From positions 806,001-870,000 of the forward strand of contig CM022673.1 of the NCBI GenBank assembly GCA_012295275.1: a DNA stretch of 64,000 bases, written 5' to 3'. Numbering within the stretch: the stretch's first letter is position 1; every line of letters starts with the position of its first letter. The notes under the pieces were generated by a model. The model was given only the letters and a program-made list of their open reading frames with translations. It ran no database searches and was not told where the DNA came from. Source of the DNA: Chrysomallon squamiferum. Taxonomy: Eukaryota > Animalia > Mollusca. Both the position numbers and the translations under genes were made by a program. Shown piece after piece: positions 32,080-48,420 of the stretch.

Positions 32080-35000
32080 TCATATTTTACCCAACTGACA
32101 GAGAGGGAGAAAACAAAAATGTATAGAGTTTACTGAGTAAACTTTTATTATTTGGGAATTAATTTTAATAAATTAGAAAGTTTTTGTCATACTACTATAT
32201 TCCGACCGAACCTAATCATTATTTAAGGAAGAACTACAAACTAATAAGTACTGCCGAAGTTTTGTCTCGTCACCTCTTAATAAAATCATATTTTATAACA
32301 GAAATAAAAATATTCGAGATAGATGCACGTCTAACTATATTTCCTATATAAATTACACGTCAGTTTTATGCTAAATATTTAGCTTCTAATTGAGGACGTT
32401 TCACATCCCATAGTTAAAAGTGTATTAAATGGGCTACGATTTTAATAAATTACAAGAATTTTGTGCAACTTCTGTACTGAAGATTAGTACACTTGCCCAG
32501 GTTATTCCAACCTAACTTAAATATTATTTAAGTGATTTATTTCAGAACACCAATGCTGTTATCAATCTTTGAAAGAAATACACAAAACGTATTGAATCAG
32601 TACCCTAGCACAAAAGTATTATGTGTAAAGGAAAAATCACACGATGAAAAGTCAAAATAAACTTCCCATGTGGGCGATTTTGTAAAGATGCTTAATTGAA
32701 AAACGCTTTTAAAGCGTGTTGCGATAACATATCAAAAGACACGAAGCGGGGATCTGTACATGATAAAAACTCACTATCAGTAAAATTAATAAAGAATATG
32801 TTAAATAAGTGATTATTTTCTGAAAGAAAATTTTAATTATGCTGTGTGGAAGGTCCTCAGATAGAAGCTGAATGTTTAGTATGAAACTGACATATAATTT
32901 ATATAGGAAATATAATCCGACAAGCATCTCATTCGAATTTTTTGTTTTCAATTTTTCTTCTGTAATAAAATATGATCTTATTAAGAGCTGAGACAAAATT
33001 TCGGCAGTATTTATAATCTGCATTTATGCTTGCATGTATGTACGTATGTATGTATGTGTATGTGTGTGTGTATATGTATACATGTATGTTCATATTTTAC
33101 TGTTCATATTTTACCCAATTGATAGAGAAGGAGAAATATTTTTTTTTTTTTTACATTATTGAGGAATATTTTATTATTTGGGAATTCATACTGATAAATT
33201 AGAAAGTTTTTGTGGAACTTCTGTGCTGAAGATTAGTACACTTGCCCAGGTTACTCCGACCTAACTTAAATATTATTTAAGTGATTTAATTCAGAACACC
33301 AGTGCTGTAATCAGGCTTTAATAGTAATACAAAAAAGTATTGCATCGGTTCACTACCACAAAAGGATTACGTGTAAAAGAAGAACCACACGACTAAAAGT
33401 GAAATAAACGTCTCACGTGGGCGACTTTTTAAAGCTGCTTATTTAAAAAACGCGTTTGAAGCGTGTTGCGATAAAATATCAAATAACACTAAGCGGGGAT
33501 CTCTACATGATAAAAACTCACTGTCAGTAAAAGTTTGTAAAGAATATGTTAAATAAGTGATTATTATCTAAAAGAAAATTTTAAATAATTCATTATTATC
33601 TGAAAGAAGGTCCTTAAATAGAAGCTAAATGTTTAGTATGAAATTGACAGTAATTTATATGAGAAATATAATTCGACGTGGATCTTTCTCTAATTCTTTT
33701 TTTTTCTCCTGTTGTAAAATATGATCTTATTAACAGCTGATGAGACAAAAATTCGGCAGTATTTATTAGTTTGTAGCTTATCCTTTAAAATATATTAGCT
33801 ATTGCTTTTGAAATTCAGAAAGAAGAGATGTTAAGTAAAAGAAAAATTAATACGAAAAAGAATAGTTGTGAAAAAAATGTAGCATAGATCCCGCCACCCT
33901 TGGCATCTGTGTTTACACAGTGTCGTCCTTGGCTATGAAAAATAAAAAATAAATTAGCATACTCCCGCCCCTTAACATTTCTGTTCACAGTGTCGTCCAT
34001 GGCTACCATCAGTCTCAGACAATGAAGTAAATTCACAACATATATTTTAAAATATGCATATTTTGATTAATTCAAGCATAATGTCTGCAGCAGTGGAATA
34101 CATGAACAGATGTTTCTTTGTTTAGTTAAAATGCATCAAAAAATAAATGTGATTACCGTCACTGAAAATTTAACAACGATTATTTATTTTCTTAACTATT
34201 CTTTTACGTTTTCATTTCTCATTTACTTAAAAAATGTCCATTTTGAATTTCAAGAGCAACACCATATGCAGTTCAAAAAATCCTAGTGAAGTAAAATCCA
34301 ACATGTTTCATAGGAAGAACTACAAACTAATAAATGCTGCTGAAGTTTTGTCTCGTCAGCTCTTAATAAGATCATATTTTATAACATGAAAACAAAAACA
34401 AAAATTCCAGAAAGATGCACGACAATTATATTTCTTATATAAATTATATGTGAGTTTCATACTAAACATTTAGCTTCTATTTGAGGACCTTCCACACTGC
34501 ATTTTTAAAATTTTCTTTCAGATAATAATGATTAATTGACTGACATTGGTTTTGATCACGTACAGATCCCGGCCTAGTGTCATTACGTCATCTTGCGACA
34601 TACATTTCACGTATCGTCCGTCCGTCTATCTTTCATTTCATCAGATTTCTTCCTCAGCTTTCCCTCACTCCTCTCTATGACGTTTCGTATTTCAGGTGTA
34701 TTTTATCCCCTACTTTTCTAACCTTTAAAAGAAGAAGAACAAAAGAACAAGAAGAAGAACAAGAATAGCATTTTAACAAACGTAGGGGAAATAACTCACA
34801 GTGGGAAACAGTTTAAAACTATTTATCTTCTTTATCCTGTTCACATTTTAGTCTCTGGCCTGTTTATTTTTCACATAAGACGTAATGATCATATTCATAT
34901 AATAATAATGATCATTATTTGTATGTGTGTGTATCCATCTATATGTATATATGTAATTTATGATTTGAATATTCTCTGATTTATGTACGTTTGTTTAGAC

Positions 35001-35729
35001 TCTGCACACAGACAATTCATGAACACACTATTGCAGGAGGACAAAGTCCAATCACGACTCACAAACCCGTCAGATGCCGCTGACGAGACTCGAACGTGTG
35101 TCACCCATTCGCCCGCATTCCCAGGTGCACGACATTATCTTTTGGCCATCAGGACAATGTTAACAAAGGTTGGACTATACCTCAGGGTAGTTATCGCTTT
35201 CTACGAAGCACGCCGTTCTTTAGCAAAATAAAAATAAAATAAGCACTTCTCGTGTACTAATCAGTTATGCATGTATCCATTTATGTATATACGCATACTG
35301 TTCATATTTTACCCAACTGATAGAGAGGGAGTTTACTGAGGGATGTTTTATTATTTGGGAACATATCTTAATAAATTAGAAAGTTTTTGTGTAATTTCTG
35401 TACTGAAGATTAGTACACTTGCTCCAGGTTATTCTTACCAAACTTAATTGTTATTTTAGTGATTTATTTCACTACTGTAATCAGCCTTTGATAGAAACAT
35501 ACAAAATGTGTTGCTTCAGTTCACTAGCACAAAAGTGTTACGTGTAAAAGAAGAACCACAGGACTAAAAGTGAAATAAACGTCTCACGTTGGCGATTTTG
35601 TAAAGCTGCTTATTTAAAAAACGCTTTTGAAACGTGTTGCCATAAAATATGTATGTATGTATGTATGTATCTATGTATGTATGTATATGTATGTATATGT
35701 GTGTATATGTGTGTATCTATGTATGTACC

Positions 35730-35760
<31 letters not shown>

Positions 35761-36841
35761 GTATGTATGTATGTATGTATGTATACTGTTCATATTTTAC
35801 CCATCTGATAAAGAGAAATATTTTATTATTTGGGAATTAATTTTTAAAACTTATGTAGTGAAGATAAGTACATTGCTCAAGGTTATTCCGACCGAACTTA
35901 ATTATTATTTAAATGATGTAATCAGCCTTTGATAGCAATACACAAAATGTATTGCATCGGTACACTAGCACAAAAGTATTACGTGTAAATGAAGAACCAC
36001 ACGACTAAAAGTGAAATAAACGTCTCACGTTGGCGACTTTTTAAAGCTGCTTATTTAAAAAACGCTTTTGAAGCGTGTTGCCATAAAATATCAAAAGACA
36101 CTAAGCGGGGATCTGTACATGATAAAAACTCACTGTCAGTAAAAGCTGGTAAAGAATATGTTAAATAAGTGATTATTATCTGAAAGAATATTTTAATTAT
36201 GCTGTGTGGAAGGTCCTCAGATAGAAGCTAAATGTTTAGTATGAAACTGACATATAATTTATATAAGAAATCCAGCTTTTACTCACATCGTATTTTCAAC
36301 ATGTTCGGATCCCGGCTTAGTGTCATCACGTCCTTTTTCATCTTAAAGCCTCATTGGTATTGATCTTGCTTAAACACGTTATATTAATATCAGTTTCAGT
36401 TTGATATTTAATAATGTCATGCTGCTGTTATTATTATAAGTAATATAATTATTCACAGTGTTATGAGTATTAATAATATTAGTATAAATGAAAATATCTA
36501 GGTCATTGAAACGAAACAGATAGATATCTGTTGATATGTTTCAGCTAGCATCAAATTGTTACTGAATAAATAAAATAAAATAAATAAAATAAACATGTTT
36601 TATCTGGTTCGTGTTCCCGTTGCAGACAATGCCAGAAGAATCTTTCTTCAAAAAGCCTACTAAAAACACTATAAAAAATCGGTGGTGAATATATTTGAAT
36701 TTTTCCTTATATATATTTTTAGCAATATCCCATTATGTTGTTGTTGTTGTTGTTGTTGTTGTTCTTCTTCTTCTTATTTTTATTATTGCTGTTATTGTTG
36801 TTACTTTTGTTATCTTCATCACTCTCATCACTTTATTTTTA

Positions 36842-36937
<96 letters not shown>

Positions 36938-37456
36938 CATGTATGTATGTATGTAAAATTTTCCGAGAATCGGCATCTTTGGGGGCAGTGGCGTGCCGAC
37001 GAATGGAACTTACCTTTTTTTCAAATTTTAATATAGTGCACAAATAAACTGGAAACGGTACCAGCCGTACATAGTTGAAAAACCAACACCAGACAGTTCA
37101 CAGATGTTCCTGAGTCTAAACCTTTTCAAAAGATCAATTCTGTCTTGAACTATTTTTTTATTTTTTTATTATTCTCGACAAATAAATAAAATAATGAAAC
37201 GAAAGAAAGGCCTCTGTGATACAGAGTGTTTGAAAAATGTTTTTCTTTACGTAATGCGGCTGTCTGCTGTGTAAATGACGAAGCAACTTATTTATACATT
37301 CCTCTTTAATTTATTTGTTTATCGTAATTAAGACAATTCATAGAGGCTTACAGTCAATAAGTAAAGTTAAAAGTATTGCTTGATTTTCACCACATTCCGC
37401 TGCTATCACATCTTTTCTGTTTATAAACGTTTGTTATATGTGTATCTGTGTGTGCA

Positions 37457-37495
<39 letters not shown>

Positions 37496-38960
37496 TATTG
37501 ATTTCTTTTTTATGTTGTTGTTATCGTCTAGGCTGTTAATAGCTTTCAAAATTAACTCTGAAATTGGATCAGAATTTAAATAATATATAAAACTTTTGAC
37601 ACGTTACGGAATAGAGAGAAAACATCAAATAGAATACAGTTGCAAGAGAGTGTTTTGTGTTCTTTCATTTATATTTGATGGCAACACGCTTCAAAAGCGT
37701 TTTTCAAATAAGCAGCTTTACAAAATCGCTCACCTAGGACGTTCATTTCACTCAATATCGTGTCGTTCTTCATTTACACGTAATACTTTTGTGTTAGTGA
37801 ACTGAACCAATACGTTTTGTGTATTGCTATCAAAGGCTGATTAATATTTTAATTTCGGTTCCTTCGGTGTAACCTGGAGCAAGTGTACTAAACTTCAATA
37901 CAGAAGTTTATTAAAATAACAAAACATTCCTCAGGAAACATACATACATACAAACTTAAATACATACATACATACATACATACATACATACATACATACA
38001 TACATACATACATACGTACATACATACATACACATAAACATCAGATGTTAGGTGGTATCTCTATTAGGCGAAAATACTGACTGAAGGAAAAAGTGATGAA
38101 CATGCGCAAACTTTTCATAAATAACAAACCACCAATGGTAGAGTTAGTAATGGGAGCAGCTATCAATTACTTCATTGTCTGAGACTGATGGATGCCATGG
38201 ACGACACTCTAAACAGAAATGTTAATTATATGAGAGTTTAATAGTAAACATTCACCTTCCACACTGCATATTTAAAATTTTCTTTCAGATATTAATGACT
38301 TATTTAAAATTTTCTTTCAGATAATAATCACTTATTTAACATATTCTTTATTAACTTTTACTGACAGTGAGTTTTTATCATGTAGAGATCCCCGGTTAGT
38401 GTCATTTATATTTTATGGCAACACGTTTCAAAAGCATTTTTTTTAAATAAGCAGCTTTAAAAAGTCGCCCACGTGAGACGTTTATTTCACTTTTAATCGT
38501 GTGGTTCTTCATTTACACGTAATACTTTTGTGCTAGTGTACTGATGCAATACGTTTTGTGTATTTCTTTCAAAGGCTGATTACAGCACTGGTTTTCTGAA
38601 ATAATCCACTTAAATAATAATTAAGTTCGGTCGGTATAACCTGTAGCAAGTATATTAATCTTCAGTACAGAAGTTACACAAAATTCTTGTACTTTATTTA
38701 AATTAATTCCCAAATAATAAAAAGTTCCTCAATAAATTAAATCTTTTTTTGTTTCTCCCGTTCTATGAATTGAGTAAAATATGAACAAAATAAATACTTA
38801 CATACATATATAAACACATACATACACAGTGAATATTAAACCAGGTTTTCCCTGTGGGTTCTTTAGAATAACATCTGAGTTAAAAAAGATATTCAAAGCA
38901 CATCCAGCAAACAGTTATGTCAGTCTGTGTATAAATGCAAGTTCATAAACACGCAGGTTA
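32080..38960. repeat. Cluster of shuffled composite repeat modules in both orientations, interleaved with (TATG)n
   Basis: Module ...aagcgtgttgc(c/g)ataaaatatcaaa.gacactaagcggggatct.tacatgataaaaactcact... at ~32712, 33460, 36071 (+) and ~38365-38430 (-), with partial copies at 35630 and 37685. Companion modules tactgaagattagtacacttgc and ttcatattttacccaa. Confidence 0.8.
34960..35156 (-). mobile_element. tRNA-derived SINE copy
   Basis: gactctgcacacagacaat...ccgtcagatgccgctgacgagactcgaacg...ttggccatc, reverse complement of the 18463 element. Confidence 0.65.
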
Positions 38961-39059
38961 ATTTACGTACGTACGTACATAAGTACAAACATGCATGTAT
39001 GCATACACGCATACATACATACATACATACATACATACATACATACATACATACTTATA

Positions 39060-39173
<114 letters not shown>

Positions 39174-39374
39174 TACACACGTAACTGATCAACACACGAG
39201 TCCTCGTTCTTTTATTCTTATTTTGTAAAAGAATGGCGTGCTTCGTTCACGTACGTACATACATACATAGATGCTGACATACATAAATACATACATGCAT
39301 GTATGAAAACATATATATACATACATGCATACATGCATACATACATACATACATACATAAATACGAACATATAT

Positions 39375-39415
<41 letters not shown>

Positions 39416-39621
39416 ACTGATTAGTACACGAGACCTGGTTATGTTTTTCTTATTTTGCTAAAGAATGGCGTGCTTTGTTGAAAGCGATGATTATACTTGG
39501 TTATAGTTCAGTATTTGTTAATATTGTCTCGATATTCTTCTATCTGAGGGCGACTCAGTGTTATACGTTCGAGTCTTGTCACCGATATCTGATACGGCTC
39601 CTACTACTACTATTATTATTA

Positions 39622-39723
<102 letters not shown>

Positions 39724-40788
39724 TAATGGTTAGAAAAGTAGAGGATAAAATAGATCTAAAAAACGAAGAAAAGTCTTAGAGAGGAGTGAGAGAAAGGTGA
39801 GGAAGAAATCTGATGAAATGAAAGACAAACTGACGGACAATACGTGAAATGTATGTCGCAAGATGACGTAATGACACTAGGCCGGGATCTGTACGTGATC
39901 AAAACGCAATGTCAGTCAATTAATCATTATTATCTGAAAGAAAATTTTAAAAATGCAATGTGGAAGGACCTCAAATAGAAGCTAAATGTTTAGTATGAAA
40001 CTGAAAACATAATTCGACGTCTGTCTATCTCGAATTCTTTTTCCAGTAACACAACATGATCTTATTAAGACAAGATGAGAAAAAATTTGGAAATATTCAT
40101 TAGTTTGTAGCTTTTCCTTTAGAAAACACTGACTTGTACTTCATTGTTTTGTTCTTTTAAACTGGACATGCTGTTGCTCTTGAAATTCAGAAAGGTCATT
40201 TGTTAAGTTAATGAAAAATAATCACTGTTGACTTTTCTGTGATAAAATTACTTTTATTTTAACCTATTTGAAATGGTAATTAATCGCCAGCAGACAGTGT
40301 AAAGCAATTGAAATTCTTTGTTCTTAAACAATTAAATCAGTTAAAACTAATTTAATGTCACTTTTACCTTATAATACACTACTCTTGCATTTTGTACATA
40401 AACTGAATTAACAAACAAAAACAAAATCCGCTTAAATGGATCTTTAACCATTTTTGTACATGTTCACATAGCTCAGATTGTAATTGAGTCTCATCGATAT
40501 CTACAATTTGCAGTACATGTTAAATATATTCATTATCTAAATTAATCAGTGCAGTTACGACAACAAATACAAACATCTAATGGCATATTACACGTGAAAC
40601 CTGACATTAAACATCACGATACAGGTCAAGGATGATTCCACGTGATACAGTATTAACTAAACATAGTAAAGCTGGCCATACACTTCTATGTAATACGATC
40701 CGGTTTTAACAGAGCTGTATGATAGCAGTGGGTAATGTCAGATACATGTAAGCTTAATTTTTGCTACTGGTATTATTACCATTATTAC

Positions 40789-40851
<63 letters not shown>

Positions 40852-41397
40852 TATTATTACTATTATTATTATTTTTATTACTATGACTATTATTATTATT
40901 ATTATTATTATTACTATTATTATTATTATTTTGAAACTTACTTAGACACTCAAGACACAATTATGGCTTCTTACATTCTAATGCACAAGGGAGACTACTG
41001 TTAAACGGGATATAGAAGTTCGTTATTTATCTCCCCTGAATTACAGAGCTATAATGACCGTTGAATACGGAGAAAATCGAACATTCCTAACCGGAATAAA
41101 TTTACATAAGAACCAGCATTTGATATGAATACTGGTAATGCACATTTTATTATTATTAATTTTATTATTATTATTATCATTGTTAATTTTGTTGTTACTA
41201 TTATTATTATTAGTAGTAGTAGTAGTAGTAGTAGTAGTAGCAGTTCTAGGAGTCTTGTTTTTGTTGTTGTTATTATTACATAAACATGCACACTAAAACA
41301 CATGTATACAAATAGAGGCTTACAGAAAGATACTTCCGTACATACATACACACATACAGAGAAACAGACAAAATATATATATACGCAAAGACATTAC

Positions 41398-41429
<32 letters not shown>

Positions 41430-41435
41430 CATTAC

Positions 41436-41475
<40 letters not shown>

Positions 41476-41767
41476 TGTAGATTGAAACTAGAATCATATT
41501 TAATTTTATATTTTATTTCACATCTAGCTTAAAACTTTAAAATACATTAATTAAAAAATGGATGTAGCATTCAGTGAATTCAGTTCACTTCATATATCCA
41601 TTATATATATATTTAAGTATAATAAATAAAACTTGGTTACTGCTAGGTCAGGATTAAATAAATTTCAAAACATGTCTATTGGTTCATGATTAGAAACAGA
41701 TGACAAAACAGAAACTCTGAGTTTCAGAGAGAAAAGAGTTCTTCAGTTTGACGTATCAGGACAAACA

Positions 41768-44700
41768 TTAATATTTCAAATAGTTCTGAAACAGAGCCAA
41801 AGCGATCATCATCAGAAACTGCTTGACTCCAACAACGACAGATATTCCTTTATTACCTGAAAACAAAACAGAAAAGTGAAAATGACCTAATAACCAGTCA
41901 GTTATGTGTGTTGCAGTTTAAAAAAAAAGACTTAGTTTAATATACTGAGACGGCATATACTAATTTGCAATTTAAACATCAGATTTCTACCAACAGATTT
42001 TATTTTAATTTTTAAAGTTAGATTTATCTGATAGGAAATCTTTTTCAGTGGAAAACTAATTAAATCAATCGATCAATAAATAAATAAATACTTACAAAAT
42101 TCTGAAACCTTTGCCTCGGAATAAATAACTTATTTCATTTTGGTCTAATGTAATATAAATAAATTGTTAATTTAGAATGTATGAATAAAACTACATAGGA
42201 CTGACTATGCTAACACTAATACTTACACAATTTTGTTACCTCTTCCTCGGCTTCAGTTTTAATATCAGGCTGCTTTTTTGTTCCATCACAGGCTTTCATT
42301 TCGACATCTTTTCCAACTACACAGGTCTTGTAGTCTTTTGCTTCGCTGAATGAAGAAAACATAAAACAATACAGCTAACATTATGTGTTTTTCATAAGCA
42401 ACATCCCCATATAAAAAATATGCTTATATGTATTGATACATATATAACAGAGACACATGTCTTGTAGTATTTTGTGTTCGTGATTGGCACACATGAAACT
42501 GTAACACCTACACAAACCCATGTTTACATGCATTTATTCGTACTGTTATGTATATATTTATGTATGTATGTATATATGTATGTATGTATGTATGTATATA
42601 TGTATGTAGGAATGTTTCTGTGTGTGTTTATATATCGCTGAGTTGGGAAAACGAAAATTATCATTTTTTAGAAATTAGCAATTTAAACTATTATAGTGAT
42701 TATACAAACATACAGAGAGACAGACAGACAGAAAAAGAAATAAACAGACAATAAGCGTAAATTAAAATCTTCTTACGTGCATTTAGTTTCGTTTGATGTC
42801 GAGCTTGTTCTGGAAGCTATCTTAGTAGCATATTGTCCTTGACATGAACACAAATCAGTTATTCCAGGATCTGTAACGCAAAATAATCACAGTGATGATG
42901 AGAATGATCAAAACGGTGTGATAGTAATAATGATCATCATCATCATGACGATATGATCATAAAAATGAAGTTGATGATTGTAGGAAGGATTACTGGAAAC
43001 ATTATTATTATTTTTCATTTAATTTTCATTATAAAATGTATGTTACTTAACATAAAATGATAAGGATAATCAAAACGGTTTGTGATGATGATGACGAAGA
43101 CGTTATAAAGAAGAAGAAGAAGAAGAAGATGATGATGATGATAATGGTATGATCATGATAATTAAAATGATGATCAAGACGGTATGATCTAGATAGTATG
43201 ATCGTGGTAATGAAGAAATTGATGATCACCATATGGTCTTAATAATAATGATGATGATCGTCATAACAGCGTGATCAAGCATGACTATATGATTGTAAAA
43301 ATGAAGATGATGATTATTAGTGAAAACAATATTATTATTTTCCATTTAATTTTTATTATAAAACGCATCGTTATCTTAATAAAAAATGATATTAGTTTAA
43401 GGACATCTGATGACCGATAAGAATTAATATGATGACGATAAGGAAGAGGAAAACCAATGATTTATGTAATTTTTCTATGATATTTTACCACAGTTTTTAG
43501 ATTTTGCAATGTTGTACACTGTTTTGGTGCCATCTTTTAACTGTTTTTCAGCAGTGGTTGATGATTGTCCAGTACAAGTGTCATCAGTTCCAGCAAGAAG
43601 ACATGTAGCAGCTGTTGTAGCCGCTCTGAGAAAGAAACGAAAAATTATTTAATAGAAGCTTGTCAGATTTTCTCTGTGAAGTTCTGTCAGTATGAACAGA
43701 TGTTACATTATTACAAATACGTGTTTTAGAGTGTATACGTGTATGATTGTACATAAGTGCGTGCGTGCGTGCGTGCGTTTGTGTATAATAGCGAGGAATT
43801 ATTAGTTCAAAATATGAAAGATAACATCTAAAATGTACATACATAATAATTCATGAAGAATTTATTTTCTTTCTTTTTTTACTTTTTTTTTAGAGATTTA
43901 TTTTTATTATTTAGCAAAAGGCTACGCTGATATTTCTGTTATTTAAAAAAATATATTATCTGTATAGATGGGACATTTTACATGTTAATTTAAAAACAAA
44001 TAATTATAGTAAAAGAAATTATTAATTTACAAACGAAGATAATAAGACCCACGATATACATACACAGATTATCGTAAAAACATGTTTGTAAATGATGAAA
44101 ATAGAAAGACGTACGTGCAGTAGTCAACATATGTAACAGAGAAAGTGTCAACACAAGCGTCACAGGTAGTCGTCTTTGACTGTGCTGACCCAGTTAGAAC
44201 TAAATTAGCGAAAACATAAAAAAATAAAAATTTGTCGCTTGATCAGTATGTTGTGCATCAGATACATTAAAATCTGTTCACAAAAGGATATCTTGAGTCA
44301 TTTCTCTTTACTAAGAATCCCTGTGATGCACAAGAAGTATACTACTACTACTACTACTACTACTACTACCACTACTACCACTACTACTACTACTAATAAT
44401 AATAGTAATAACATTTATGAACCGATTTTATGGATGACATCAGCCAATTAAATCTAAGATGAATAGACTCGGTTTAGAACAGAAAAACTAAAATTTCACT
44501 TTTCTATCTACTCTATTATTTGTGAAAAAACAACAACACGACTCCAATAGTAAACACAGTCGAAAATGAGCAGATGCAGTCAGACGGTTGTATTGAACAC
44601 AATATTCTCGTAGTACATTACTGCTATTCACAGGAATGGTAACTTATGAAATATAATTATTAATATTAAAATAAGAATTTTAATACTACAATGAAAATAT

Positions 44701-44787
44701 AATGATAATATACAGTCATAGATGTGCATTACAGATATGTACAATAAACTAACCTGCTAGAACAACGACCAGAAACAAGGCTTTCAT
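41768..44787 (-). CDS. Gene D: secreted, probably GPI-anchored, two-domain 12-cysteine protein (185 aa), intact, minus strand
   Basis: Exons in transcription order: 44787-44754, 44199-44115, 43625-43489, 42870-42777, 42345-42227, 41856-41768. Spliced ORF: MKALFLVVVLAVLTGSAQSKTTTCDACVDTFSVTYVDYCTAATTAATCLLAGTDDTCTGQSSTTAEKQLKDGTKTVYNIAKSKNCDPGITDLCSCQGQYATKIASRTSSTSNETKCTEAKDYKTCVVGKDVEMKACDGTKKQPDIKTEAEEEVTKLCNKGISVVVGVKQFLMMIALALFQNYLKY*. Confidence 0.9.
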
Positions 44788-44919
44788 CTTTGACTTCTTC
44801 TTGGCTTTTCCTTCCAACGTCTTGAAATGTGTCCGTGGTATGATTTGTGTATCTCAGTTTCACCCATTTATACAGCTCTGTTGCCAAAACAAAATTATTA
44901 TCGTCAAGAGGAGGTACGT
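44788..44919 (-). promoter_or_regulatory. Core promoter/5'UTR of gene D
   Basis: Reverse complement of the block upstream of gene E, with TATAAA (tttata at ~44867-44872 on +). Confidence 0.6.
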
Positions 44920-46555
44920 AATATTCATTTCTTTTAAAGATTGTTTGGCAACGTGTAAATAAACAGCAAAGTGTCAGGTGGTATATCTATTAGCCGAAAA
45001 TAATGACTGGAGGAAAAAGTGATGAACATGCGCAAACTTTTCATAAATAACAAACCACGATTGGTAGAGTTAATGATGGGAGGAGCTATCAGTTACTTCA
45101 TTGTCTGAGACTGATGGTAGCCATGGACGACACTGTGGCGGGATCTATGCTACATTTTTTCTCACAACTATTCTTTTACGTATTAATATTTCATTTACTT
45201 AACATCTCTTCTTTGTGAATTTCAAAAGTAATACCCAACATATTTTAACGGAATAACTACAAACTAATAATTACTGTCTCATCAGCAAATTTTTGTCTCA
45301 TCAGCTCTTAATAAGATCATATTTTATTACAGATAAAAAAAAAAGAAACGAAAAAAGAAATTCGAATAATGACTTATTTAAAATTACCTTGCAGGTAATT
45401 ATGATTTATTTAACATATTCTTTACAAACTTTTACTGTCAGTGAGTTTTTATCATGTACAGATCCCCGCTTAGTGTCATTTGATATTTTATCGCAACACG
45501 CTTCAAAAGCGTTTTTTAAATAAGCAGCTTTAAAAAGTCGCCAACGTGAGACGTTTATTTCACTTTTAGTCGTGTGGTTCTTCTTTTACACGTAATACTT
45601 TTGTGGTAGTGAACCGATGCAAAAGATTTTGTGTATTGCTATCAAAGGCTGATTACAGCATTTAAATAATAATTAAGTTCGGTCGGAATAACCTTGAGCA
45701 ATGTACTTATCTTCACTACATAAGTTTTAAAAATTAATTCCCAAATAATAAAATATTTCTCTCTATCAGATGGGTAAAATATGCATACATACATACAAGC
45801 ATGCACAAATGGATTCATACATACATACATACTAACATACATACATACATACATACATACATACATACATACATACACATATATACATACATACGTATAC
45901 ATGCATACATACGTACATACATATTCATACATACATACATATACATACATACATACATATACATACATACATATACATACATACATATACATACATACAT
46001 ATACATACGTACATATACATACATACATAGATACATACATACATATACATACGTATATGATTCACACATTTCTCGACGGCTGAACGGTAACGTCGTCCAT
46101 CTTCTATTTGCAGGTAGCTGTGTGCCACACGTTTGAGTCTTTTCATGCGCATCTGACGGGTTTGTGATGTCGTGGTTGGAATTTGTTCTCCTCCGCTAGT
46201 GAGTTCGTGAATGTTGTCTATGTACAGAGTCTAATCAGACGTACATAAAACAAGGAATATTCAAATCTTAAAATACATAGATACATTTATTTATGCATAT
46301 ACATAAATACAAATATACATGGATATATACAGATATAAATAATAATAATTATTATATAAATATGTTCATTACATCTTATGTGAAAAATAAACAGGCCAGA
46401 AATTAAAATGCGAACAGGATAAAGAAGATAAATAGTTTAAAACTGTTTCCCACTGGGAGTTATGTCCTGTACTTTGGTTAAGTTGCTATTCTTCTTCTTC
46501 TTCTTTTTTATGATTATGACTATGACTATGATTATGATTATGATTATGATTATGA

Positions 46556-46614
<59 letters not shown>

Positions 46615-47298
46615 TTAATGGTTACAAAAGTAGAGGATAAAATATATTTCAAAAACGAAGAAATCTGATGAAATGAAACACAGACGGACGGAAGATACGT
46701 GATATATATGTCGCAAGATGTCTTACATCATTAAGGTGCCATGTCAGTACAGGCTGGTAAAGAATATGTTAAATACGTCATTATCAAGTTCGGTTGGCAT
46801 AACCTAGAGCAAGTGTACTAATCTTCAGTACAGAAGTCTGACAAAAAGTTTCTAATTTATTAACGTCAATTCCCAAATAATAAAACATTCCTCAATAAAT
46901 TAAATCTGTTTTTCTTCCTCCCTCTGTGTGAATTGGGTAAAATATGAACACTATATATATACATATACACACATAAATATATATAGAAACATTCTAACGT
47001 ACATACAAATATACATACATATATACATACATACATACATACATACATACATACATACATACATAGATACATATATAAATATACACATATAAAGCATATA
47101 TGGATACACGCATAACTGATGAGTCCACGAATTCTGGTTATGTTATTCTTATTTTGCTAATGAACGGCGTCCTTCGTGCAAAGCGATGGTTACCTCGGTG
47201 ATAGACCAACCTTTCTTAAGTTTGTCTCGACGGCTGAACGGTAACGTCGTCCACGTTCTTCTTGCGGGTGAGGATCTATGCATGTATACGTATGTATG

Positions 47299-47329
<31 letters not shown>

Positions 47330-48420
47330 TAGTATGTATGTATGTATGTTAGTATATATGTATGAATCCATTTGTGCATGCTTGTATGTGTGTATGCATA
47401 TATACTGTTCATATTTTACCCATCTGATAGAGAGAAATATTTTATTATTTGGGAATTAATTTTTAAAACTTATGTAGTGAAGATAAGTACATTGCTCAAG
47501 GTTATTCCGACCGAACTTAATTATTATTTAAATGCTGTAATCAGCCTTTGATAGCAATACACAAAATCTTTTGCATCGGTTCACTACCACAAAAGTATTA
47601 CGTGTAAAAGAAGAACCACACGACTAAAAGTGAAATAAACGTCCTACGTGGGCGACTTTTTGAAGCTGCTTATTTAAAAAACGCTTTTGAAGCGTGTTGC
47701 CATAAAATATCAAATGACACTAAGCGGGGATCTCTACATGATAAAAACTCACTGTCAATAAAAGTTAATAAACAATATCTTAAATAACTGATTATTATCT
47801 GAAAGAAAATTTTTAATATGTAGTGTGGAAGGTCCTCAGATAGAAGCAGAATGTTTACTATTAAACTCTCATATAATTTTTTTTTCACAGTAATTTATCT
47901 CGACATGCGTCTTTCTAGAATACGTTTTCTTTAAACAAATATGATGTTATTAAGAGCTGATGAGAAAGAAATAAGACAGTATATATTAGTTTGTAATTCT
48001 TCCTTTAAAATATGTTGGCTATTACTTTTGAAATTCAGAAAGAAGAGATGTTAAGTAAACGAAAAATTAATACGAAAAAGAATAGTTGTGAAAAAAATGT
48101 AGTATAGATCCCGCCACCCTTGGCATCTGTGTTTACACAGTGTCGTCCATGGCTATGAAAATAAAAACGCAATTACCATACTCCCGCCCCTTAACATTTC
48201 TGTTTACAGTTTCGCCCATAGCTACCATCAGACTCAGACAATGAAGTAACTGATAGCTCCTCCCATTATTAACTCAACCATTGGTGGTTTGTTATTTATG
48301 AAAAGTTTGCATGTTCATCACTTTTTCCTCCAGTCAGTCTTTTCGCCTAAGACAGATACCACCTGACACTTTGCTGTTTATTTACACGTTGCCAAACAAT
48401 CTTTAAAAGAAATCAATATT
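44920..48420. repeat. Composite repeat modules between head-to-head genes D and E (largely palindromic)
   Basis: 44920-45310 is the reverse complement of ~47950-48420, and 45400-45910 of ~47280-47800. Confidence 0.8.
46070..46272 (+). mobile_element. tRNA-derived SINE copy
   Basis: tctcgacggctgaacggtaacgtcgtcc...gtttgagtc...catctgacgggtttgtgatgtcgtg...cagagtctaatcagacgtacataa. Partial copies at ~47224-47272 and 54335-54446. Confidence 0.6.
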